Of a DNA stretch of 64,000 bases, positions 11,676 to 21,130 are shown piece after piece. The stretch spans positions 2,042 to 66,041 of the forward strand of contig JAFGSW010000086.1 of NCBI GenBank assembly GCA_016934415.1, in the 5' to 3' direction. Every line of letters starts with the position of its first letter. Positions within the stretch are counted from its first letter, which is position 1. This DNA comes from Spirochaetales bacterium (GTDB lineage: Bacteria > Spirochaetota > Spirochaetia > SZUA-6 > RPPD01). The translations under genes were made by a program, and so were the position numbers. Under the pieces are notes generated by a model. The model saw nothing but the letters and a program-made list of their open reading frames with translations. It was not told the DNA's origin and ran no database searches.

Positions 11676-11940
11676 GTCGATAAGGAAGCCAGGAACCCAG
11701 GAAAGGAGGAATGGGAAAGGAAGCGAGGAAACAGGAAAAGACAGAAGGGAGAAGGTGAATCAATTAAAATTTTTCAATTCTTGCTTTCAAAATTGTCAGA
11801 AACTTCGTCTGGCACTTTGCTTTTTCCTCTTACCAGCAGGGTGTTGTTCGTGTCATATGGGTTTTCTTCTTTGCCCTGCTCTTCTTTTTATTCGGTGTCC
11901 TCTTTTCCTCACCTGTCCTTCCTGGTTTCCTTATTGATCC
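11676..11940. mobile_element. MITE/Correia-like AT-rich intergenic element, copy E1 (~265 bp)
   Basis: Left end gtcgATAAGGAAGCCAGGAA, right end (revcomp) gatcaATAAGGAAACCAGGAAgg. Purine-rich left half and pyrimidine-rich right half, so the whole element is a long imperfect palindrome. The ORF 11668..11937 inside it is spurious. Confidence 0.6.
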
Positions 11941-11985
11941 TCCGGAATTGAACTCCCTTGCGAAAATTCCGGTTTTTCGGCACAA

Positions 11986-12327
11986 TTGGTCTATCTTCTA
12001 TTTTATAACAGTGAAGGGGAGGACGCGCAGTTGATCTCTCGCTTGGATTTCATGTTTTCCGTCGGGTTCGAGGGAAATTCCGCTCTTGTCGACGCTTCGG
12101 CCAAGCGGGCCAACGGCCGGCTTGCGCCCCGCGAGCTGGCTGGAAAAGGCCTGTTCAAGGCGGCGGTGTTCGGCGCGTATTATGATGAGGATGAACGGGA
12201 GCTCGAGGAAGTGCTCGCCGTATATAACTCGAAGGGAGAAGTGCGGCTGAATTCGGTCGATGCGCTCAAACGCACATTCGGCGTCCTCGAATCGTTCGAT
12301 GACATCAACCGGGTGATGTACGTCTAG
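11986..12327 (+). CDS. Hypothetical small protein. Start uncertain: TTG at 12031 with a GGGGAGG RBS is the better candidate.
   Basis: ORF lies in the same orientation, 34 bp upstream of the MerR-like gene. Acidic C-terminal half. No known domain. Confidence 0.4.
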   Translation: MVYLLFYNSEGEDAQLISRLDFMFSVGFEGNSALVDASAKRANGRLAPRELAGKGLFKAAVFGAYYDEDERELEEVLAVYNSKGEVRLNSVDALKRTFGVLESFDDINRVMYV

Positions 12328-12360
12328 ACACTCACGCCCCGGCGGCGGAAGAAGGTCGGA

Positions 12361-13032
12361 TTGAAATATTCGCTGAAGGAACTTGCGAAAAAACTCGACG
12401 TCTCGGCGGAAACGCTCACCGGCTGGCTGGAGAAGGAGCTTTTCGCCTCCTCGGTCGCGAATACCGATTATTTCAACGATGCCGCCGTGCGCGAGGGCGA
12501 GGCCATCAAGAAATTCTTGACCATGGGGTATACCCTTCCCGAAATCGCCAAAATCCGGAAAGAGATCGGGCTGCCGAGCAAGGACGGCGCCAAGGTGCAA
12601 ACCGCCCTCACCGACCGCCTGACGGTCGGCGAGCTCGCCGAAAGGGGGGGGGTGAACACCCGCACCATCAAGTTTTGGGAGGAAAAAGGCCTTATTCAGC
12701 CTTGCCAACGAAGCGAGGGCGGTTTTCGGTTGTTCATGGCTCAGGACGTGGAGATGGTCAAGTTCATCAAGGACCTCCAGACGTTCAACTACACCCTTTC
12801 CGAAATCGGGAACATCCTCAAGTTGACGGGCAAACCGCTCGGTTCGGCGGAGGGGCTGGAGGGGCAGCCGGCGAGCGAGCTGGAAAAAATCCATTCCGCG
12901 CTCGAATACCTCATTACCAGGATGCGGGAAACCCGGCAAGCCTCCTTAAGGGTGGAAGCGCTTTTCGCCAAGCGCCTTAAGTCCGTTGCGCGCCTCTACA
13001 AACCAGGAAAAAAGGGCGATGCGGTGCCTTAA
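12361..13032 (+). CDS. MerR-family transcriptional regulator with two tandem MerR-type HTH motifs
   Basis: YSLKELAKKLDVSAETLTGWLEKELF and LTVGELAERGGVNTRTIKFWEEKGLIQP. TTG start with a GGAAGAAGG RBS. The antisense ORF 11998..12939 is rejected. Confidence 0.75.
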   Translation: MKYSLKELAKKLDVSAETLTGWLEKELFASSVANTDYFNDAAVREGEAIKKFLTMGYTLPEIAKIRKEIGLPSKDGAKVQTALTDRLTVGELAERGGVNTRTIKFWEEKGLIQPCQRSEGGFRLFMAQDVEMVKFIKDLQTFNYTLSEIGNILKLTGKPLGSAEGLEGQPASELEKIHSALEYLITRMRETRQASLRVEALFAKRLKSVARLYKPGKKGDAVP

Positions 13033-13207
13033 ACGGTTTTCCTTCCTCCCCGTGCTTCGTATCCGCCTTCCCAAACACGAGGAGGGAGGGCCGACGAAGC
13101 GCGATCAAGCGCCATACCAGCGCTTGACTTTGGTATAGACTGTTCTTATTGTAAAGAAATCCGCCGCCTGCGACGGCGGTCGTTTATTATCATTACAGGG
13201 CTGTATC

Positions 13208-13236
13208 TTGACTTTTCATGTCAATATGACTATGAT
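13208..13236 (+). promoter_or_regulatory. Sigma70-like promoter for yajC-secDF (TTGACT-17-TATGAT)
   Basis: ttgact at 13208-13213, 17-nt spacer, tatgat at 13231-13236, about 140 bp upstream of yajC. Confidence 0.45.
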
Positions 13237-13373
13237 CGTCAAAATCTCGCTCGATAACGAACATTGGATCATACGTAGACGCGACCAGGTTCTCACGTTT
13301 TTCCAATATCGATCGTAAGTTTTGGTCGCATGAAGCTGCTGAAACTCAATCTTTAACGCACAGAGGTTTTAGT

Positions 13374-13733
13374 ATGTACGATTTTCTCTCTCGTTTGCCG
13401 TTTTTACAGGCGCCCGCTCCGGCCGGTGACGGAGGTTCCACCACGCAAATGCTCATGATGCTCGGTGTCGTCGCCGCGGTCATCCTCGTTTTTTACTTTC
13501 TTATCATCCGGCCGCAGAACAAGAAACAGAAGGCGCTTCAGAAAATGCTCAGCTCCCTGACGAAAGGCGACAAGGTCGTCACCATCGGCGGCATCCGGGG
13601 AACGGTGAGTTCGGTGAAGGAGCAGTCGGTGATCGTGAAAGTCGACGACGATGTGAAGCTCGAATTCAACAAAAACGCCGTCGCGCAGGTCTTGGAGCGC
13701 ACCGAAGCCGAAGTCACCGAGGAAAAAAAATAG
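13374..13733 (+). CDS. yajC: Preprotein translocase subunit YajC
   Basis: Single TM helix followed by IRPQNKKQKALQKMLSSLTKGDKVVTIGGIRGTV. Immediately upstream of secD. Confidence 0.85.
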   Translation: MYDFLSRLPFLQAPAPAGDGGSTTQMLMMLGVVAAVILVFYFLIIRPQNKKQKALQKMLSSLTKGDKVVTIGGIRGTVSSVKEQSVIVKVDDDVKLEFNKNAVAQVLERTEAEVTEEKK

Positions 13734-13880
13734 GCCGGCGGAGACCGGCCGCCCGCGGCCGGCATCTTTCGGTTGGAGCGCATTTTCGAGGAGTGTACGC
13801 ATCCCGTTCGGCGGCATGGCGACGCTCCCCAACCCTATCCTCGATCATTTTATCGATATGAAGAGAGCGGAGAGACGAAA

Positions 13881-15626
13881 ATGAGTATTCGCGCCAGAGT
13901 CATTATCCTGGTCATTCTTGTGGTTATGGGGATCATGTTTATTTCCCCGTCCGTTCAATGGTATTTCCTCCTCCCCGATGAAACGAAAAACATCGCCATG
14001 AGTTCGCTTCCGCAGATCAAGAATTATGCCCAAGACCAGGCACAGCGGGATTACACGACCATGAATGATTTCGTAAATAATCCGTCGTCGGGACTCGCGG
14101 CGGCGTTCGGCGGTTTTTTGACCAAGGTCTTCGAGGAAAAAGGCCAGGTCAATCCGGTCGCGTTCAGGTCGGCTGTGGAAGGACAGTACCGGGACGACAT
14201 CCTCAACATTAAGAACCTGAGGGACCTGACGCTGCAGCTCGGCCTCGACCTGCGGGGCGGCCTGTACGCCTCAATCGCCGCCGACTTCGGCGCGCTTGAG
14301 AAACAGATCGCCGAAAAAAACAAGGGGCAGGAGAACGCCGCCACCCTTCAAATCGACAAGGACAAGGTCCTCCAGGACGTTATGGAGCGGCTCCTGGCCC
14401 GCCTCGACGAGTTCGGTACCGTGGAACCCACCATCCGCCGGCAGATCGGCACCGACACCATCATCATCGAGCTTCCGGGCGCCGCAGACCCGGAACGCAT
14501 TAAGAAGGTCATCATGGGGAAAGGGAGGCTCAACTTCCACCTCGTGGACGAGGCCGGCTGGAATAAATTCAACGAATATTTTCAGCAGCATCCCGAATGG
14601 ACTCCGCAATTCAATACCGATTTTACCGTGGATGTGCCCGCCGCGGTCGGACTCGATCCGGGGTCGGAGGTGGTGGGGACCTACCAGAAAGACAAATACG
14701 GCATGGATGAGTTCGTGAAATACATCGTCATCAAGTCCAAACCGGAACTTTCCGGAGAGGCGATCACGGACGCGCGCGCCGAGCAGAATCCCCAGGACCG
14801 TTCGGCCGAGGTCACCTTTATCCTCGGCAATTACACCGACAAGGACGGCACCGTCGTCAACGGCCCGGACAAATTCGCCGACCTCACCGGTAAAAACATC
14901 GGCAAATATATCGCCGTCGTGCTCGACAACAAGGTCATGTCCTACGCCGGCATCAGAGAAAAAATCCCCAATGGCCAGGTGCGGGTCACCGGCCAGTTTT
15001 CAATGCAGGACGCCCAGGACCTGGCCAAAGTCCTGCGCAGCGGCGCGCTGCCCGTGCCCCTCGAGATCAGGGACGTTGCGGCGGTCGGCGCCAGCGCGGG
15101 CGAGGACACCATCGCCAAGGGGCTCAATGCCATGCTCATCGGCGCCGGGCTCGTCCTCCTCTTCATTCTCATCTATTACAAAGGGTCGGGGGTGTTCGCC
15201 GCCATCGCGCTCATTTTCAACATCTTCCTGCTTCTGGCCCTGCTCTCCGTCACCCGGTTCACGCTCTCGCTCACCAGCCTGGCCGGTATCGTTCTCACCA
15301 TCGGTATGGCGGTGGACGCCAACGTGCTTATTAATGAACGCATGAAGGAAGAGCTCCGTCTGGGCAAGAGCCCGAAGGCGGCCGTCAAAGCCGGGTTCGA
15401 TCGCGCCTTCTGGACGATCCTCGATTCCAACGTCACCACCTTCATCGCCGGCATCGTCCTGGCCATGTTCACGAAAGGGAGCGTGCAGGGATTCGCCTTC
15501 ACGCTCTGCATCGGGATCGTCACGTCGTTCTTCTCGGCGATCTTCGTGAGCAGAATCCTGTTCGATTTCACGACCGACGTCCTCAAGGTGAAAAAACTGA
15601 GTATCAGCTGGAGGCGCTTTCAATGA
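13881..15626 (+). CDS. secD: Protein-export membrane protein SecD
   Basis: Real start MSIRARVIILVILVV at 13881 with a GGAGAG RBS; the ORF-track start at 13773 is an upstream extension. Large periplasmic domain plus a C-terminal 6-TM bundle. Confidence 0.9.
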   Translation: MSIRARVIILVILVVMGIMFISPSVQWYFLLPDETKNIAMSSLPQIKNYAQDQAQRDYTTMNDFVNNPSSGLAAAFGGFLTKVFEEKGQVNPVAFRSAVEGQYRDDILNIKNLRDLTLQLGLDLRGGLYASIAADFGALEKQIAEKNKGQENAATLQIDKDKVLQDVMERLLARLDEFGTVEPTIRRQIGTDTIIIELPGAADPERIKKVIMGKGRLNFHLVDEAGWNKFNEYFQQHPEWTPQFNTDFTVDVPAAVGLDPGSEVVGTYQKDKYGMDEFVKYIVIKSKPELSGEAITDARAEQNPQDRSAEVTFILGNYTDKDGTVVNGPDKFADLTGKNIGKYIAVVLDNKVMSYAGIREKIPNGQVRVTGQFSMQDAQDLAKVLRSGALPVPLEIRDVAAVGASAGEDTIAKGLNAMLIGAGLVLLFILIYYKGSGVFAAIALIFNIFLLLALLSVTRFTLSLTSLAGIVLTIGMAVDANVLINERMKEELRLGKSPKAAVKAGFDRAFWTILDSNVTTFIAGIVLAMFTKGSVQGFAFTLCIGIVTSFFSAIFVSRILFDFTTDVLKVKKLSISWRRFQ

Positions 15627-17083
15627 GACGCATTCTTCCGTTCATCCGGTTCCGAAACGTCTGGTTCATTCTCTCGACCCTCATCATCGTCGGCGGAATC
15701 GGATCGACCTTCCTCCTCAAGGGGGGCTACAATATCGGCATCGATTTCAAGGGCGGTCTCTCCCAGCAGATCCGGATCGCGCCCTACGCCTTCACCGTCG
15801 CGAACGTCACGAACCGCGTCATCGATTTCGAAATCAACAACAATGAGATCAGCTATATCAAATCCGGGGAGAAAAAAATGGTCTTCCCGCGCGTCCCGGA
15901 CCTGACGCTCGCCGAAGTGGTCAAGGACCTGGAAAGCATGGGCGATCTGAAAGTCACCATGCCCGCGGGAACGGAATTCGACGTTTCGCTGTTGCTTCCG
16001 GACCAAAAAACACTTGAGCCGGGGCAGTCCACGACGGTCAACCACCTCCAACCGAACGGCGCTCCGCCGCAGGCGACGATCGCGACCGTTCGCGGCCAAC
16101 TCGAGGGGCTCCCGGGCGGGGTGAACATCCAGGAAGTGGGTGATCCGGTCGCCCAGACCTTCCTCATCAGAACCGATCCCACCGCCTTCACGCCTTCGGG
16201 CGACCGGGACGCCTCGGGAACGGCCGCCGCGGCCGTCATTTCCGCGCTCGAAAAAAAGTTCGGTCAGGGGTCCGTGATCCAGCAGTCGCAGGAATCGCTG
16301 GGACCGCAAATGGCGCAGGCGCTCGCCGCCGGCTCGTTCATCGCCATCGGGGTCGCCATGGCGCTCATGCTCGTCTACGCCTGGATCAGGTTCCGCCTCA
16401 GCTACGCCGCCGCCGCCATCATCGCTCTCGTCCACGACGTCCTCACCACCTTCGTATTCGTCGGCCTTTTCGGGGTGGAGCTCAATACCGCGGTGATCGC
16501 CGCCTTCCTCACCATCATCGGATTTTCCATAAACGACACGATCGTCGTCTACGACCGGATCAGGGAAAATGAAAAAATCATGAGGGGCCAGGATCTGATG
16601 TCGATCATGCAGTACAGCATATCCCAGACCCTGAACCGGACGATCATCACTTCGTTGACGGTTTTCATAGCCATTTTCCCGTTATTTCTATTCGGTACCG
16701 GCCCGGTGAAGGATTTCTCCTTCACCATGGTGTTCGGCATCATTACCGGGACCTACTCTACGATCTGCATCGCTTCGCCCATCGCTTTCGTTTGGGAGAA
16801 TGCGGTCATGCGCGCCAAACGCAGGAAAGAGATCAAGCTCTACGGGCAGGTGCAGACGCCGGCGCTTGAGGACGGATTGACACCGGCGCCCGCAGGCCAA
16901 GCGGGAAGCGATTCCTCAGCGACCGCGACGGACGGCAGCGTCCCGGAGGGCGCGCCCGGCGGCGTTACCGGCGATACGACTCAGGCGGGTGGATCTCCGC
17001 CGAACGCCCCGTACGCCGGAACGGGCGGCCCGGTCACCCGGGTGCAGCGCGTTCTCGATAAGAAGAAAAAACGCCGTCACTAG
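15623..17083 (+). CDS. secF: Protein-export membrane protein SecF with an unusually long Pro/Gly/Thr-rich C-terminal tail
   Basis: ATGA overlap with secD. MRRILPFIRFRNVWFILSTLIIVGG..GIDFKGG. 486 aa against the typical ~300 aa. Confidence 0.9.
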   Translation: MRRILPFIRFRNVWFILSTLIIVGGIGSTFLLKGGYNIGIDFKGGLSQQIRIAPYAFTVANVTNRVIDFEINNNEISYIKSGEKKMVFPRVPDLTLAEVVKDLESMGDLKVTMPAGTEFDVSLLLPDQKTLEPGQSTTVNHLQPNGAPPQATIATVRGQLEGLPGGVNIQEVGDPVAQTFLIRTDPTAFTPSGDRDASGTAAAAVISALEKKFGQGSVIQQSQESLGPQMAQALAAGSFIAIGVAMALMLVYAWIRFRLSYAAAAIIALVHDVLTTFVFVGLFGVELNTAVIAAFLTIIGFSINDTIVVYDRIRENEKIMRGQDLMSIMQYSISQTLNRTIITSLTVFIAIFPLFLFGTGPVKDFSFTMVFGIITGTYSTICIASPIAFVWENAVMRAKRRKEIKLYGQVQTPALEDGLTPAPAGQAGSDSSATATDGSVPEGAPGGVTGDTTQAGGSPPNAPYAGTGGPVTRVQRVLDKKKKRRH

Positions 17084-17098
17084 GAGTTTGTCGCGGCC

Positions 17099-17767
17099 AT
17101 GCGCTTCCTGGTGCTCGCCGACATCCACGGCCATCAACGGTTCCTCCGCGCGGTCGTAGAGGCGGAGCCCGCCTGGGATGCGGTCGTGATCGTCGGCGAT
17201 CTCACCCAACGCGGCGGGCACGATGACGCGGAAGCCGTCACGTCCGTATTGGGCGCGACCGGCCGCCCGATCCTGGCCGTGCCGGGAAACATGGACCGGC
17301 CCGATGTGCTCGGATTCCTGGAAGACTCCGGCCGATCCTTGCACGGTACGGGAACGGTGATCGGAGAGGTCGGTTTCTTCGGCGTGGGCGGCTCGAACCC
17401 CACCCCTTTCGGCACTCCCTTCGAGCTGTCCGAAGACGAGATCGGACGCCTGGCCCTGACCGGATTCGCGGCCGTTCGCGAGGCGGCGGTGAAGGTGCTG
17501 GTGAGCCACACTCCTCCGCACGGGTGCGCACTCGACCGAGCCGGGCTGGGGGTGCACGCCGGTTCGACCGCCGTGCGCCGGTTCCTGAATGCGCATCCCG
17601 TCGACCTGTGCCTCTGCGGACACATTCACGAGGCCTCGGGCGAGGAGACCGTCGAGGGCGTTCGCTGCTGCAATCCCGGCGCCGTCAGGAACGGCCGATA
17701 CGCAGTTCTGGAAATCGATCACGGCGCCATTGACGTGAAGAGGAGGAAGATTACTTCATGGACATGA
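17099..17767 (+). CDS. Metallophosphoesterase (calcineurin-like phosphoesterase, YfcE-like)
   Basis: LVLADIHGHQRFL ... VVIVGDLTQRG ... GNMD ... CGHIHE motifs. Confidence 0.75.
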   Translation: MRFLVLADIHGHQRFLRAVVEAEPAWDAVVIVGDLTQRGGHDDAEAVTSVLGATGRPILAVPGNMDRPDVLGFLEDSGRSLHGTGTVIGEVGFFGVGGSNPTPFGTPFELSEDEIGRLALTGFAAVREAAVKVLVSHTPPHGCALDRAGLGVHAGSTAVRRFLNAHPVDLCLCGHIHEASGEETVEGVRCCNPGAVRNGRYAVLEIDHGAIDVKRRKITSWT

Positions 17768-19743
17768 TGAAAGGCATCGAGAAGGCGGCCCTGACCGTCC
17801 GCCTCCTCACCATTGACGCGATTGAGAAGGCCGCCTCCGGGCACCCCGGTCTTCCACTCGGCCTGGCCGAATTGGGCGCCCTCCTGTACGGGGAAATCCT
17901 CAAGCACAACCCGGCCGCGCCCGATTGGATCGATCGCGACCGATTCGTGCTTTCGGCCGGTCACGGATCGATGTGGCTGTATTCGCTGCTCTTTCTGTCC
18001 GGCTACGGAACCACGCTCGACGACATCAAGAATTTCCGCCAGCTCGGCTCTCGGGCGGCCGGCCACCCCGAACGCGGGGAGATGCCGGGCATCGAGACCA
18101 CGACCGGTCCGCTCGGCCAGGGCATCGCCAATGCCGTGGGTCTGGCGATGGCGGAACGGTATCTCGCGGCGAAGTTCAACACGAGCGAGCATACGATCAT
18201 CGACCACTATACTTACGCGCTGGCCGGCGACGGCTGCATGATGGAAGGCGTCGCGAGTGAGGCGTGCTCGCTCGCCGGTCACCAGAAACTCGGCAAGCTC
18301 GTCATTTTCTACGACAGCAACAAGATCACGATCGACGGCTCGACCGACCTCGCCTTCATCGAGGACACTCAAAAACGTTTCGAGGCCTACGGCTTCAAGA
18401 CGTTCCGCGGTTCGGCGTACGACGTGCCCGGGATCCTCGAGCTCGTGAAGAAGGCCAAGGCCGACCAAAGCAAACCGACCCTCATCGTCCTTGAATCGCT
18501 CATCGGCAAGGGCTCGCCCAACAAACAGGGTACCGCCCATTGCCACGGCGCGCCCCTGGGCGAGGATGAGGTGAAGGCGACCAAACGCGCCCTCGGCGTT
18601 CCCGAGACGGAGATGTTCCGCGTCGAGCCCGAGGCGCTCCAGTACTTCGCGGACAAAATAGACGCCCGAACGAAGGCGTACGAGGAATGGCGGGCGAGGT
18701 TCGAGGCCTGGCGGAAAGCCAACCCCGAACTGGCCGCGCTCTGGAAGCGGCATTTCGAGGACGGACCGGACGCGATCGACAAGGCGGTCCTGCCCGAGTA
18801 CAAGACGGGAGACAAGCCGGCTACGCGCGACTCGAACGGCGCCATCCTCAATGCCGCCGCCAAGGCGCTCCCCGCGCTCATCGGCGGATCGGCCGACCTG
18901 GCCGCCTCGAACAAGACGCGGCTCAAGGACGAAAAAGACATGCAGGCGGCCACGCCCGCCGGCCGGAACATCAACTTCGGCGTGCGCGAGCACGGCATGG
19001 GCGCGATCGTGAACGGACTGGCCCTGCACGGCGGCCTGCGGCCCTTCTGCTCGACTTTCTTCGTCTTCGCCGATTACATGCGGCCCCCCATCCGTTTGGC
19101 GGCTCTCATGAAGCTGCCCGTGCTCTACGTGTTCACTCACGATTCCATTTACGTGGGCGAGGACGGCCCGACCCACGAGCCGGTGGAACACTACGCGAGC
19201 CTGCGGGCCATTCCCAACCTGGACGTCTGGCGTCCCGCCGACGCCGAGGAGAACGTCGAGATCTTCAAGATCATGTACAAGCGCAGCGACGGTCCCTCCA
19301 TGATCGGCCTTACCCGCCAGGGCCTGGCCGTCTTCCCCAAAGCGGACGTGGATTGGCGGAAGAACATCGCCCGCGGGGCCTACACGGCCAAGGAGTCGGA
19401 AGGCGCCCCGGCGGTGGTGATCGTCGCCACCGGCTCGGAAGTGGGCGCCGCCCTCGACGCCGTCGCCGAGCTCGGCCGGAAGGACGTGCGTATCGTCTCG
19501 ATGCCCTGCCGCGAACGCTTCCTGGCGCTCTCCGAGGCCGAACGCGACAAACTCATTCCCCCGGGCGCGAAACGCGTCGTGGTTGAAGCGGGGGTGTCCT
19601 TGGGCTGGGAATGCCTGGCCGGGGAGGACGGGCTTCTCGTCTGCATGAACGGCTTCGGTACGTCGGGGAATTACAAGGCCGTTTCCGACCACTTCGGTTT
19701 CAGCCCGAAAAAAATCGCGGAACGCATCAAGAACTGGAAATAG
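17758..19743 (+). CDS. tkt: Transketolase
   Basis: TIDAIEKAASGHPGLPLGLAEL ... GDGCMMEGV ... HDSIYVGEDGPTHEPVEH. GAGGAGG RBS. Overlaps the upstream gene by 10 nt. Confidence 0.95.
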   Translation: MDMMKGIEKAALTVRLLTIDAIEKAASGHPGLPLGLAELGALLYGEILKHNPAAPDWIDRDRFVLSAGHGSMWLYSLLFLSGYGTTLDDIKNFRQLGSRAAGHPERGEMPGIETTTGPLGQGIANAVGLAMAERYLAAKFNTSEHTIIDHYTYALAGDGCMMEGVASEACSLAGHQKLGKLVIFYDSNKITIDGSTDLAFIEDTQKRFEAYGFKTFRGSAYDVPGILELVKKAKADQSKPTLIVLESLIGKGSPNKQGTAHCHGAPLGEDEVKATKRALGVPETEMFRVEPEALQYFADKIDARTKAYEEWRARFEAWRKANPELAALWKRHFEDGPDAIDKAVLPEYKTGDKPATRDSNGAILNAAAKALPALIGGSADLAASNKTRLKDEKDMQAATPAGRNINFGVREHGMGAIVNGLALHGGLRPFCSTFFVFADYMRPPIRLAALMKLPVLYVFTHDSIYVGEDGPTHEPVEHYASLRAIPNLDVWRPADAEENVEIFKIMYKRSDGPSMIGLTRQGLAVFPKADVDWRKNIARGAYTAKESEGAPAVVIVATGSEVGAALDAVAELGRKDVRIVSMPCRERFLALSEAERDKLIPPGAKRVVVEAGVSLGWECLAGEDGLLVCMNGFGTSGNYKAVSDHFGFSPKKIAERIKNWK

Positions 19744-19762
19744 GGCGAGTAAACGCAAAAAT

Positions 19763-19802
19763 CGGACCGATCGGCCCCCGTGGTCAATCGGTCTTTTTTT
19801 TT
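19763..19802 (+). terminator. Rho-independent terminator of tkt
   Basis: Stem gaccgat ... atcggtc followed by a T9 run. Confidence 0.6.
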
Positions 19803-19851
19803 GGCCAGAAGGAGAACTACGGATAGCACGGATGAAACTGATGAGGAAGGG

Positions 19852-20023
19852 GAAGAATAAATAAGGAAACCAGGAAGCCGGGAGAATGGAAAAATACTAT
19901 AAGCATCTACTGAAGGCCGATCATCGATTTTGTGAAAAGAGCACATGCGAAGCAATACATAAAGATTTCCATAACAAGTCGCCTCTTTTTTCATAGTTTC
20001 CTGGCTTCCTTATTGACTTCTTC
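19852..20023. mobile_element. MITE-like element copy E2 (~170 bp)
   Basis: Left gaagaaTAAATAAGGAAACCAGGAAgcc, right (revcomp) gaagaagTCAATAAGGAAGCCAGGAAac. Lies about 55 bp upstream of the membrane-protein gene start. Confidence 0.6.
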
Positions 20024-20075
20024 CTCTCTGGCACAAGGAAAAGAAACGTGCTACATTGAAGCCCTTGGAGCGACT

Positions 20076-20816
20076 ATGGAAGAGCTGAAAAAAAAGATCA
20101 TGGCTGACAAGAATCCGCAGGACAGTTTCCTGTTTTGGAAAACCGGGTTCGTCGGAATCGTCCTCGTGCTCTGCGGGATCTTTTTCCTGCTCATGAACTT
20201 CAGGATCATCCCGGAGAGCGGCGATTTGAACAACCGCGTGCTCGGGGTGCTCCTGTTCATCACAGGGATCGTCTTCACCTTCTTTCAGGGCGGCGGCGGC
20301 GGGCTCTTCTGGTTCCTCATCCCGGCGGGCGTTTCCTTCACGGTCGGCATCATCACGCTGATCGTGGGTATCGACCAGCTTTTTTCGATCGTCAACCTCG
20401 GATTTTTCTGCCTCGGCCTGGCCGTCACCTTTCTGCTCATCTTCCTCCTGCGCAAGACCGCCTGGTGGGCTCTGCTCCCCGCCGGCGCGCTCGCCGGAAT
20501 CTGCGCCTGGATCATGCTCGCCCTTGTCCAGCCCGCGATCGGCTTCCATCCGCCGGCGCTCATTTTCTTCGTCGGGCTGTCCTTCCTCTCCGTCTACTTT
20601 TTCTCCGTGCAGAAGCACAAGATGCGCTTCGCCCTTTTCACGGGCCTGATCATCGTGACCGCGGCCATGCTCTACTATTTTATCGTCATCTTCTACGTCT
20701 TCACGCTTTTTTGGGCCATCCTGCTCGTGGCGGCCGGGATCGTATTTCCTTTCGCTATCCTGTTTTTTGAAAAACGGGCGAAACGCCATGAGTATTTTGA
20801 GAAGCCTCAGGCGTAA
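20076..20816 (+). CDS. Polytopic membrane protein, hypothetical
   Basis: Start MEELKKKIMADKN with a GGAG RBS; the ORF-track start at 19932 lies inside element E2. About 7 predicted TM helices and a GGGGG loop. Confidence 0.6.
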   Translation: MEELKKKIMADKNPQDSFLFWKTGFVGIVLVLCGIFFLLMNFRIIPESGDLNNRVLGVLLFITGIVFTFFQGGGGGLFWFLIPAGVSFTVGIITLIVGIDQLFSIVNLGFFCLGLAVTFLLIFLLRKTAWWALLPAGALAGICAWIMLALVQPAIGFHPPALIFFVGLSFLSVYFFSVQKHKMRFALFTGLIIVTAAMLYYFIVIFYVFTLFWAILLVAAGIVFPFAILFFEKRAKRHEYFEKPQA

Positions 20817-21111
20817 GCTTAAGGACAGCCGGAATCGTTGGGAAGACCTCTGTAAAAAGTGCGGTATCTGTTGCTACGCCAAGGACGGCGGGCTCCTCCG
20901 CACCGTGATTTACATGAACAAACCGTGCGAGTATTTCGACAAGCGCACGAAACTGTGCAAAGTCTACGAGGAGCGGTTCCGCGTCTGCCAATTCTGCGGC
21001 AAGGTACGGATCTACCACGCGCTCTTCTCCCGCTGCCTGCCCGACACCTGCGGATACGTGGAGCATTACCGGCGCTGGCGGCTTGTCCGCGGGGCGGAGA
21101 TAAAGAGATAA
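20788..21111 (+). CDS. YkgJ-family cysteine-cluster (CxxCxxCC) protein
   Basis: CKKCGICCYAKDGG...C..C motif typical of the UPF0153/YkgJ putative metal-binding family. An alternative TTG start lies at 20767. Confidence 0.6.
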   Translation: MSILRSLRRKLKDSRNRWEDLCKKCGICCYAKDGGLLRTVIYMNKPCEYFDKRTKLCKVYEERFRVCQFCGKVRIYHALFSRCLPDTCGYVEHYRRWRLVRGAEIKR

Positions 21112-21130
21112 AGTTCATCACGAAGAACAC

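Noticed and set aside
11998-12939. 313-aa minus-strand ORF
   Set aside because: Arg/Leu/Glu-rich antisense composition. It overlaps a well-formed MerR-family gene on the + strand.
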